IMG/VR virus record: IMGVR_UViG_3300036779_000110
Span: 1 to 35,061 of that record
From: a virus
Taxonomy: Duplodnaviria > Caudoviricetes
Length of the DNA stretch: 35,061 nt
Strand: one strand, 5' to 3'
Shown here piece after piece: positions 25,124-32,551 of this stretch. The position numbers and the translations under genes are program-made. The stretch's first letter is position 1; each line of letters begins with the position of its first letter. Below the pieces are notes generated by a model. It was not told where the DNA came from. It worked only from the letters and a program-made list of their open reading frames with translations, and did not search any database.

Positions 25124-25410
25124 CGAGGCGGCTAAGGCGATTGTGGCGAGCGGCCAGGCGGGCGGCTGAGCCGAACAGCGAACGCGCGAGAATCCCAAAT
25201 AGCGGGAAAAAATCGCGCGCCTGCAATTGGGCTTTAGCGCCTGTCTGCGCGTGTCCCAGCCCGCTCTTCCAACCTGCCCTGACGCGCCCTGACCGCATGT
25301 TCCTGACGCGCCTGACGCCATCGACCAGCAAGCGCAGCGCACCTTTCGCCACGGCCTCACGCACACACCGCGCACGGTCCAATATGTCGCACCTTGCTCG
25401 CATTTTGTGC

Positions 25411-25439
25411 TTGGCACATACGTACAGCGTATGTATATA
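25411..25439 (+). promoter_or_regulatory. Sigma70-type promoter with overlapping palindromic operator
   Basis: TTGGCA-17 bp-TATATA; palindrome ACATACG-N5-CGTATGT at 25416-25434. Confidence 0.7.
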
Positions 25440-25487
25440 TGGGGCTCACCCGGTTGTTGTGACCGGGCCAGACCTGAAAGTCTTCGA

Positions 25488-25679
25488 ATGTCGTTCGCCG
25501 CTCAAATCGCTGAATTGCGCCGTTACAAGGCGTATCTGGCTTGGAATTTCGGCTTGGAGCATCCCGCCAACTCGCAAGCGCGAGCGGCTTACTTGGCCGA
25601 ATACAACCATTGGACCATGGCCGCTCAAGACGCCGCAAAAGGCGATACCTCGCCGCGCCCTTTCATTACCAAAGCTTAA
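25488..25679 (+). CDS. Small putative early protein
   Basis: First ATG after the promoter; MSFAAQIAELRRYKAYLAW, 63 aa. Confidence 0.55.
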   Translation: MSFAAQIAELRRYKAYLAWNFGLEHPANSQARAAYLAEYNHWTMAAQDAAKGDTSPRPFITKA

Positions 25680-25701
25680 CCTGCAAAACACGGAACCCGA
25701 A

Positions 25702-25953
25702 ATGCACGCCGCAATCGAAACCCGCTACCTCGGCGCCAGCAACACGCGCGGATCGCGCGTCGTCGCCACCTACGGCAAAACCGCCAAGCGCGTGATCAGC
25801 TATAATCATGCGCTCTCGCCATCCGAAAACCACGCGAGCGCGGCCGACGCGCTGCGCCGCGCCGTCTTCCAGCCCGAACACTGGAAAAAACCATTGCTCA
25901 CGGCCGAAACCGACAAGGGCTATGTCCACCTGTTCGCGCTGCGGAACGCCTAA
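25702..25953 (+). CDS. Conserved small phage protein
   Basis: AIETRYLGASNTRGSRVVA...YNHALS..ENH..AA pattern. Confidence 0.75.
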   Translation: MHAAIETRYLGASNTRGSRVVATYGKTAKRVISYNHALSPSENHASAADALRRAVFQPEHWKKPLLTAETDKGYVHLFALRNA

Positions 25954-25956
25954 GCC

Positions 25957-26190
25957 ATGGCGACCCTGACCGACCAGCACCGCGCGGCCCTTGAAGCCTT
26001 CGCCGCCGCGCACAAACACAAGCGCGACCGTTCGCCCGGCTGCGCCAACTGGCGCGAAGAGCTTTGCCATATCTATTGGTACAACGCCCGCATCTGGAGC
26101 GGCGGCGCCCCTGGCATGGGGACCACGCTTCACGAAATCCGCAACACCTTCGGACCGTCCTGGCTGTTTGACGAATGCCCGATCCGCTGA
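25957..26190 (+). CDS. Conserved small phage protein
   Basis: ALEAFAAAH...NWREEL...LHEIRNTFGPSWL pattern. Confidence 0.75.
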   Translation: MATLTDQHRAALEAFAAAHKHKRDRSPGCANWREELCHIYWYNARIWSGGAPGMGTTLHEIRNTFGPSWLFDECPIR

Positions 26191-26282
26191 CCCCGCCCGC
26201 ACATCGCGATTGATCGCCCGAAGGCCCGAAGCGGAGACGCTGGCGGGCCGGAAGGCGTGAAGGCGCGCTTCAAGCTGTCGCC

Positions 26283-26311
26283 TTGGCGCGCGGATCGCCC
26301 GAGCGTACAAA
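26283..26311 (+). promoter_or_regulatory. Second sigma70-type promoter of the early island
   Basis: TTGGCG-17 bp-TACAAA upstream of the AAGGA RBS and ATG 26331. Confidence 0.5.
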
Positions 26312-26330
26312 TTGCACCATGAAGGACCCC

Positions 26331-26564
26331 ATGACCGACACCCACCCCGACGCGCCGAGCATCGACGTTCAGGAACAGCTTATCCGCATCGCCCAACGGC
26401 AAGCGGAATCCGAGAAATTCGCCGCTGAAACCCGCAAACTGTTCGCCGAAGCCGACAAGCTGCGCGCCGACACCCACTGGCAACCGGTGGTCGCATGGGC
26501 CGCCCTGTTGACCGCGTTCGGCGCCTTGGGGACCGCCGTCCTCACGGTCCTGTTGAAGCACTGA
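26331..26564 (+). CDS. Coiled-coil protein with C-terminal TM helix
   Basis: AESEKFAAETRKLFAEADKL followed by a hydrophobic helix; AAGGA RBS. Confidence 0.7.
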   Translation: MTDTHPDAPSIDVQEQLIRIAQRQAESEKFAAETRKLFAEADKLRADTHWQPVVAWAALLTAFGALGTAVLTVLLKH

Positions 26565-26569
26565 CCGCC

Positions 26570-26791
26570 ATGGCCCTTCCGACCGAAACGACCCCTATAG
26601 CGAAGTCGCTGCATACCTTGACCGTTCTTCAACAGGTCGCCCGGCTGACCATCTTTTCGGCCGGTAGCCCGGAGGCCGCGATTGACGCCGCGATGGCCGC
26701 CCTTGGCCTTGCCGGGCGCCCTGACCCTTACAGCCTGCGCGCTCGCGCCTTGGAATTGATGACTCGCCAGCCCGCCAAAAAGGACGCCTGA
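26570..26791 (+). CDS. Hypothetical protein
   Basis: 73 aa, ATG 5 nt after the previous stop. Confidence 0.6.
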   Translation: MALPTETTPIAKSLHTLTVLQQVARLTIFSAGSPEAAIDAAMAALGLAGRPDPYSLRARALELMTRQPAKKDA

Positions 26792-26794
26792 CTG

Positions 26795-27094
26795 ATGCAC
26801 CCGCAATTCAAAGGCCCGTTTCGCCTCGCCACGTCGGGCGCAACCGACATGGACGCCCTGGCCAGGGGCGAACCGAGCTTTGACCCGATGGGCGGCGACC
26901 TGATGCGCCAGAACGACGGATCGCTGACGATCATGGGCTTTGACGCCGAAGGCGAACGGGCGCCCGTCGCCCTGATCCCGATGCGCGTCCGGCCCAAGCG
27001 CGGCGAAGGCTGGCGCACCGCCGACCCGGATCAGGAAGCGTTCGCACGATGGGTTGTCGAAACCCTGAACGCCGCCGCGAAGGAGTCCGCTTGA
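26795..27094 (+). CDS. Hypothetical protein
   Basis: AAGGA RBS; ends AFARWVVETLNA. Confidence 0.7.
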   Translation: MHPQFKGPFRLATSGATDMDALARGEPSFDPMGGDLMRQNDGSLTIMGFDAEGERAPVALIPMRVRPKRGEGWRTADPDQEAFARWVVETLNAAAKESA

Positions 27095-27375
27095 TGCTCG
27101 GACTCCTTGCAGCCTGCGCCGCCCTCATCATCGGCGCCCTATTCTGGCGCTACCTGCTCAGCGCCGTACTGGTCGCCGCGATCCTCGCCGGGAGCGCGCT
27201 CGCGCTCCTGGCCGCCGTCGTCGCCCTCGCCGCCATGCCGCACGAATGGCGCGGCGCCGCGTGCGTGATCGGCGTCGTCTTCAGCCTCGTCTGGATTCAT
27301 GCCCTGCTTGAAAAGCGCGATACGATCCGCAGGCAAGTGCGCGCCTACAAGACCGCAAAGAAATCCATGCAATGA
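27094..27375 (+). CDS. Small multi-TM membrane protein
   Basis: AAGGAG RBS, TGATG coupling, two to three hydrophobic helices and a basic tail. Confidence 0.7.
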   Translation: MLGLLAACAALIIGALFWRYLLSAVLVAAILAGSALALLAAVVALAAMPHEWRGAACVIGVVFSLVWIHALLEKRDTIRRQVRAYKTAKKSMQ

Positions 27376-27695
27376 CCGGCGACGACCTGCAATCCGCGCG
27401 CAAGCGCCTTGGCCTGACCGCCGCCGACCTCGGGCGGCGCCTGTACCTGTCCGGCCGCGATCCAGGCCAATCGGTCCGGCTTTGGGAAACCGGCAAGAAA
27501 CCCGTTCCCGGTCCGGTTCGCTGCGCGATCGAACTGATGCTGGACGCCGCAAAACCGGCGCAAGGAAAGCCGCTGGCGGCGATTCAGCCCCCGGCCGGTG
27601 TACCAGAGCCCGCACCGATTTCCGCGCCTGTAGACCCCCTAGCAATTTGTAGCTTTACGGTCCCGCCCGCGCCGAAAACAAGGCGGCGCGGATGA
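27372..27695 (+). CDS. XRE/HTH_3 transcriptional regulator
   Basis: MTGDDLQSARKRLGLTAADLGRRL...SVRLWETGKKPVPGPV. Confidence 0.85.
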   Translation: MTGDDLQSARKRLGLTAADLGRRLYLSGRDPGQSVRLWETGKKPVPGPVRCAIELMLDAAKPAQGKPLAAIQPPAGVPEPAPISAPVDPLAICSFTVPPAPKTRRRG

Positions 27696-27862
27696 CGACG
27701 ACTCCACGCCTGACACGCCGCCTGCTTGAGGCCATGCAGGCCGCCGTCACCGCCATGCTCGCCGGGCAGGAAGGCGAAGGCGGCTGGCCGGAGGATGTGG
27801 GGCGCAGCGACCTCGAAAAAGCCGAAGATTGGATCGCCGAACAGATCAGGCGGCGTCGCTAG
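27692..27862 (+). CDS. Small hypothetical protein, 56 aa (absent from ORF track)
   Basis: ATGA-coupled; MTTTPRLTRRLLEAMQAAV...AEDWIAEQIRRRR. Confidence 0.6.
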   Translation: MTTTPRLTRRLLEAMQAAVTAMLAGQEGEGGWPEDVGRSDLEKAEDWIAEQIRRRR

Positions 27863-27985
27863 CGTCAGGCGACGGCGCTTGCGCCAAGCCTGACGACGGC
27901 CCTGAGCAAGCGGGCTACAACGCGTAAGCGCGAAGCCCGCGAAGCGACGGAAGGCGAGACGGTGAAGCCGCTTGCGGCGAACCGG
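27863..27985. repeat. Hairpin cluster between convergent operons
   Basis: CGTCAGGC..GGCG-CTTG-CGCC..GCCTGACG; CGCG-TAAG-CGCG; GGT..GCCG-CTTG-CGGC..ACC. Confidence 0.55.
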
Positions 27986-27986
27986 A

Positions 27987-29561
27987 TCACCTTCCCCATA
28001 TGTCATCAAGGAGTCCTTGCCACGGGCGGCGCCGGTAACGGTCGCCGCCCGTTTCCTTGGCCACGACCGGCGCGGCGAACGTGAGCACGACCGAATCCCA
28101 TCCGTCCGGGCTTCTGAGGCCGCGCTTGCGGATATCGTCCTTGCTCTCCAGGACGATAAACTGCCGGGCGTCGTACTTGTAGCCAGGGCACACCGCGTCC
28201 GCGTGCAAGGCGTCGTCATCAGGGATATCGGCGCCGCCCGGATCGTCCAGCCAATCCTTCGACTCCATCCACATTTCCGCCCGGCGGTTGCGCGGTCCGG
28301 GGATCAGGTCGCCGTTTGGCCCGGTCCGCGTCGGCTGCTGCGGGGCGCCGCCGAAGTTCACGCCCTCGCAAACCCTCGACCAGGGCTCGCCCCAATCCTT
28401 CAGCAGATCGACCACCCCGGCGCCCTGACCGCCGACGTCGATGAACACCTTTACCGGGTTCTCGTTCTCGACAATCTGACGCACCCAATTCGCGCCCTGG
28501 ACCGTGTCCAGTTTGTATCGCCGTTCGACCTTCAGCACCTTGCGCCCCCGCCGCCACGCGACCGCGAACGCGTCATCCCCGTACCGCGCCGGATCGACTC
28601 CGATGATCAGGCTTCCGACCGCCTCACAGGTCCGCTTGCGCGCCTCTAGGATCAGGGTCGAAGGAATGAAGCTGTCATGCCCAGTCGCCTGAAAGGCTTC
28701 AGCCGCCGTCGCCGGGTATTCAGCCCGGAACAGCGCCGGGTCCTTCAATTCAAGCAGTTTATACCGGCGCCACACAAGTTGCGGCAAAGTCAAACCATAT
28801 AGCCGACCGTATTCCTCTTCTTCTTCATTCAGGTCGAAACCAAGCGGGGGCGCGCGCTGATAATCCAGCGACCAGAACCACGGAACAAAGATCGCCTCAT
28901 AATCCCCATCTCCAGCCTGCGCCTGTTGCCAGCGTTCGTGGAACTCGCCGCCGATCCCATTCGCCGTGCTCTCAAGCACAATCTCCGTATCCGGCATATC
29001 CGGCACGGTCTGCACGACCCCGGCAAAGTGATCCTTCGCATTCGGCCAGAACCCGACTTCCGATCCATGGAAAAGCTGCACGGTTTTACTTCGGCCGACC
29101 GCCTTTGAACCGGCGGTGCCGACCGAATAACCGCTGTCCAGCGTCGGGAAATACAATTCCTTGGCGTTCGACGCGCCCGTGACCGGACGAAGATGCGGCG
29201 GCAAATGCCGGTGGAACCGTTCGACCATCGAAAACAGGTTCGAGGTCGCGTCCTGTTCATGCGTCAGGATATAGACCTGGACACCCTTGAAGAACGCCGC
29301 CCGATGATAGAAACGCGCCCCGATGTAGGTTGAAAGCCCTTCCTGGCGGGCCTTGAGCACAAGGGCGCGAACCTTGCCGGTCCGCTTGCGCTGCGCCTCT
29401 AAACGTCCGTGAACGTAGTCCTGAACGCCGTTGAACTGTAACCGCTGAAGCTCGCCCGCCTTGGTCCTGATCTTCAGGCATCGCGGCGCGTAATACTCCA
29501 AATCGTCCTTGAACCGCTGGAGGATTCCTTTTGATTCTTCGGACAGTTGAAATTGCGGCAT
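27987..29561 (-). CDS. terL: Terminase large subunit
   Basis: LKARQEGLST Walker A variant, LFHGSEVGFW Walker B, ESTANG coupling motif, nuclease motifs IGVDPA...D and SPDGWDS. Confidence 0.95.
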   Translation of the reverse strand: MPQFQLSEESKGILQRFKDDLEYYAPRCLKIRTKAGELQRLQFNGVQDYVHGRLEAQRKRTGKVRALVLKARQEGLSTYIGARFYHRAAFFKGVQVYILTHEQDATSNLFSMVERFHRHLPPHLRPVTGASNAKELYFPTLDSGYSVGTAGSKAVGRSKTVQLFHGSEVGFWPNAKDHFAGVVQTVPDMPDTEIVLESTANGIGGEFHERWQQAQAGDGDYEAIFVPWFWSLDYQRAPPLGFDLNEEEEEYGRLYGLTLPQLVWRRYKLLELKDPALFRAEYPATAAEAFQATGHDSFIPSTLILEARKRTCEAVGSLIIGVDPARYGDDAFAVAWRRGRKVLKVERRYKLDTVQGANWVRQIVENENPVKVFIDVGGQGAGVVDLLKDWGEPWSRVCEGVNFGGAPQQPTRTGPNGDLIPGPRNRRAEMWMESKDWLDDPGGADIPDDDALHADAVCPGYKYDARQFIVLESKDDIRKRGLRSPDGWDSVVLTFAAPVVAKETGGDRYRRRPWQGLLDDIWGR

Positions 29562-29577
29562 TCCGCCTGGCCGCCGC

Positions 29578-30063
29578 CTAAACTAGCTGCGCGAGCGCCT
29601 GTTCATAGGGGATGAACCCAAGCGTGGCGCTCACGTCCAGCTTGTCGCCGTACTTCCTCGGGTTCAGTTTTCCGCAGACCTGAAGCCGGGTTTTCACCAT
29701 CAAATCGGACCGCTGCACGAACTCGCGGTTCATGGTCCGCACTTGGCGCCCGTCATTGCGGGTAATCGTCAGCACATCCTCGGAATCGTTGTCCGCGATT
29801 TCAATGACCTCATCAAACAACAGGTCCGCTTGAAGCATCTTTGCTTCGTCATACATCGCCCGAAACTCGGGCTTCTCGGCGATCCAGCGCCGCGCCGTGC
29901 GATAGCAAGGAAAACCGGGTTGCGTGGCGCACAGGTAGGCGAGGCCACGCGAGCCGCACACGATGGCGTCGCAAATCGCGTTCGCGACCTCGTCCGAATA
30001 GGGAACCGGATCGATCGGCCGCCGGACCAGCGTCACCACGGGACGGGCGCCAGGATCACTCAT
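29578..30063 (-). CDS. terS: Terminase small subunit (Sf6-like)
   Basis: YSDEVANAIC..I..G.RGL..LC...PGFP...T..RW.....EF...Y..AK, EVIEIAD and KLNPRKYGDK; directly upstream of terL. Confidence 0.9.
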   Translation of the reverse strand: MSDPGARPVVTLVRRPIDPVPYSDEVANAICDAIVCGSRGLAYLCATQPGFPCYRTARRWIAEKPEFRAMYDEAKMLQADLLFDEVIEIADNDSEDVLTITRNDGRQVRTMNREFVQRSDLMVKTRLQVCGKLNPRKYGDKLDVSATLGFIPYEQALAQLV

Positions 30064-30247
30064 CGTCGTAAGGGTCCGAAGGACACGGCGCCGAGGTCTT
30101 GTCGTCGCCGGTCGTGAACGCCGGACCCTTGGACCCAGCGGACGTGGTGCGCGGCTTGTTGTTCAGCAGATCGGACCGCTTCGGCGACGCCTTCGCCCCG
30201 GTCGAATCTTGCGTGATCGGATCACGCGGGGGACGGGTTTCAGCCAT
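30056..30247 (-). CDS. Small hypothetical protein
   Basis: 63 aa, first ORF below a late motif, overlaps the terS start. Confidence 0.55.
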   Translation of the reverse strand: MAETRPPRDPITQDSTGAKASPKRSDLLNNKPRTTSAGSKGPAFTTGDDKTSAPCPSDPYDDE

Positions 30248-30281
30248 GATCGAAACGCCTTTGCGAAGCGGATTCGATCAG

Positions 30282-30313
30282 CCCCGTTCAAAGCGTTCGT
30301 TTGGACCGTCAAG
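30282..30313 (-). promoter_or_regulatory. Putative late promoter motif (terminase unit)
   Basis: CTTGACGGTCCAAACGAACGCTTTGAACGGGG. Confidence 0.75.
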
Positions 30314-30357
30314 CGAAGAGGCAATCAGCCGAGCTTGTAAGGGTCCGTAGGACCCGC

Positions 30358-30813
30358 CTAAGCCCGGCGACGAAACAGCACCACGTTGCCCGGATCAACG
30401 GGCGGCCAGGGCTCGCGCCGCAGCAACGCCATATGCCCGGCGCAGTACGGCTTGTGCAGTTCGACCGGCAAACAGCACGACAACGTCTCGTCACCGAACC
30501 CGAGCACCGGCCAAGCGCATTCGCGCGCCTCGCGCTGCGTCCAGGGTCGCGGCATCGACCCGTTGAGCGGCGGCGCCGCCTCGCTCCGGTTCGGGTTTGG
30601 CCCGACCTTCGACCCGACCAGGGCCGCGCCGCGCTGACGTTCGGTCGCCTCCTGGCTCACGTCGCTCCTGGCCGGTAGCCCGAGCCGCCGTCGCTTGCAG
30701 CGGACCGCCGACGCCGACATCCCGACCATCGTCCCAATTTCCCGGCTCGCCTGTCCGGCCCGCCATGCTTGGGCCAACAGCCCGGTTTGCTCGACCGTCC
30801 AGACGATGTTCAT
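30358..30813 (-). CDS. gcrA: GcrA-family transcriptional regulator
   Basis: N-terminal WT.E....L...W..G....EI....G.S.SAV..K..RLGL and C-terminal CAWP......CC.......PYC..H. Confidence 0.88.
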   Translation of the reverse strand: MNIVWTVEQTGLLAQAWRAGQASREIGTMVGMSASAVRCKRRRLGLPARSDVSQEATERQRGAALVGSKVGPNPNRSEAAPPLNGSMPRPWTQREARECAWPVLGFGDETLSCCLPVELHKPYCAGHMALLRREPWPPVDPGNVVLFRRRA

Positions 30814-31574
30814 GCGAAATCATCCTCCCAATTGGCCGGTAGCTGGCCACTCGCGACCGGCGGCGGCTTGCCCGCTAGCGACAGGTCGCGCGGCTTTTCG
30901 TGGTCCTCAGGCGCCGGAAGCTGGCCAATCGGCTGGCCGCCCGTCTGCGCAATCAGATCGGTTCGTGACGTTTGGCCAGGTGGATCGCCTTGTTCGTCCG
31001 CTTCGTCCCCGAACGGAATCGGGTCGCCGTCCTGAATCCACTCGCCATTGCTGCGGTGTACATCGGGCGCCTTGAACTTCGCCCCGGTCCAGGTCGCCTT
31101 CGCCAGCTTCAGCGCCTCCGGGATCGCATCGATCACGTTCGCGACCTCGCGCGCCGTGTACACCGCGACCGCCCGCCCTTCGGCGATGACGTGGCTCGCC
31201 GCCGCGTCGTCCTCGACCAGGGCGACAATCGTCCCGTCCTGAAGGGTCGCCTCCCACACCCACGGCGCCACCGGCCTGTGCCCCGCTTCGCTCGCCCATG
31301 CGTCCAGCGCCGCGAACGCCCGCTGCATCGAGGCGGCTTTCGCCTGAAGCTGGCCAAGCAGATCAGCCGTCAGGAAATCCGCCGTCCAACAGGTCGAATA
31401 GGTTTCCGCCCAGGTCGCTTCCTGCCGCCGGAAGCGGGCCAGCAAATCGAGGTTCTCCAGGGCGGTCAGCCGCTCAAGCCGCCCCATGCCCCACTTGCGG
31501 TCCGCCTCGATCCGGGCCGCCTCGATCCCCTCGCCAAACGCCTGAATCAGGGTCGCGTCGTCAGGGCGCGGCAT
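30810..31574 (-). CDS. Conserved alphaproteobacterial phage protein
   Basis: ADRKWGMGRLERL...RAFAALD..A..AGH; GAGGG RBS; ATGA-coupled to gcrA. Confidence 0.75.
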   Translation of the reverse strand: MPRPDDATLIQAFGEGIEAARIEADRKWGMGRLERLTALENLDLLARFRRQEATWAETYSTCWTADFLTADLLGQLQAKAASMQRAFAALDAWASEAGHRPVAPWVWEATLQDGTIVALVEDDAAASHVIAEGRAVAVYTAREVANVIDAIPEALKLAKATWTGAKFKAPDVHRSNGEWIQDGDPIPFGDEADEQGDPPGQTSRTDLIAQTGGQPIGQLPAPEDHEKPRDLSLAGKPPPVASGQLPANWEDDFA

Positions 31575-31724
31575 AGCGAAACCCTCTTGGGTTGAGCCTG
31601 CCGAACCCTATGAGTTCGGCGAGGCCGAAGGCCGAAACGAACGATTCAGGGCGCGGCATAGCGAAAACCCTCCAGGTTTGAGCGAGCCGCGCCTGACCGA
31701 AGCGAGGCGAGCCAACAAAGCGAG
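31561..31724. repeat. Tandem duplication of a translation-start region carrying CATAGCGA-hairpin-GAGC copies 2 and 3
   Basis: TCAGGGCGCGGCATAGCGAAA at 31561 and 31646 (85-bp period); CGAGCCAACAAAGCGAG at 31708. Confidence 0.75.
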
Positions 31725-31736
31725 ACAAGCGACCAA

Positions 31737-32129
31737 TCAGGACGTGGCATCGGAATTTCCTCCTGGCTTCGCCGTGTTGCGGAACCGCGCCTTCGCTTGA
31801 CCGCCGACCGGCGCGACAACCTTCACCTTGAGGGGCCTACGGGGGAGCTTTTCAGGGGCGCCCATCTTCGCGAGGCTGGCCTTGAGGGCGGCGATGTGCG
31901 TTTCCATCGCCCGCCATCGCGCATAGTCCGCCTCGCGTGGCCGGACGACATGCGCCATGCTGTTGCACAGCTTCCGTTCCGCCTTGCGGATCGCCTGCGC
32001 CGTATTCCGCTTCAGCGAATCCGTGCCGTCGATCGCGCCTCGGCGCCACTTCGCGTCAGGGCTGGACCGCGATCCCCTCGGGCGCCCTTTCGGCCTCGGG
32101 CTGGCCGGGTGCAGCAGATCGCCGGTCAC
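31737..32129 (-). CDS. Basic protein with AT-hook-like motif
   Basis: Likely GTG start at 32129; RPKGRPRG motif; very basic. Confidence 0.55.
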   Translation of the reverse strand: MTGDLLHPASPRPKGRPRGSRSSPDAKWRRGAIDGTDSLKRNTAQAIRKAERKLCNSMAHVVRPREADYARWRAMETHIAALKASLAKMGAPEKLPRRPLKVKVVAPVGGQAKARFRNTAKPGGNSDATS

Positions 32130-32186
32130 GTCCGCCCCCGGTCCGTCGCGGAAACCTGAACACCCCTTCGGACACCGCCGTGCGCG

Positions 32187-32550
32187 TAAGGCGATTGGCG
32201 TGGCCACACGCCAAAAGCCAACCGCCTTGCCGCACGGCGGACCTCGATTCCGAAGTCCTTGTTCCCTTCCTCCCTTAGCCCCTTCTCTCCGTATAAATAT
32301 CTATCCCCGTAGGGGATATTTATACGGGTGAAGGGGTGCGCACATACACGCGCGCGATGTAATAGGGTAAGGCGTACAGCCTGCGCGATCGCCTTATGCC
32401 AAGTTGCTGTTTTCATTCGGCTTTTCCGTTTCATCGCTTGGTGCAATCGGCAACGCCTTAGGCATCGCCTTCCCCCTGTTTGTTCTCCAACGCCTTATGT
32501 GACTCCTCATCGCCTTACCCATCGCTTATGCCTTTGTTTTCAATGGCTTG
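32187..32550. other. Putative replication origin (iterons plus AT-rich palindrome)
   Basis: CGCCTT(A) iterons at 32388, 32452, 32464, 32489 and 32509, inverted copies at 32187 and 32368; palindrome 32289-32327; directly downstream of the primase-helicase. Confidence 0.75.
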
Positions 32551-32551
32551 C

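Noticed and set aside
24735-25403. N-terminal extensions of the 408-aa (minus) and 270-aa (plus) ORFs
   Set aside because: They run through promoters, G tracts and repeats. Better starts exist at 24734 and 25702.
31598-31640. Hammerhead-like CTG...GAGGCCGAAGGCCGAAAC, and a sixth AAACGAAC
   Set aside because: The CUGANGA core is interrupted and no stem I forms. The AAACGAAC lacks the upstream TTG and the correct spacing to TTCA, so it was not counted as a late promoter.
31561-31724. Mini CRISPR array
   Set aside because: Only two imperfect repeats, which include coding sequence and a start codon; no cas genes present.
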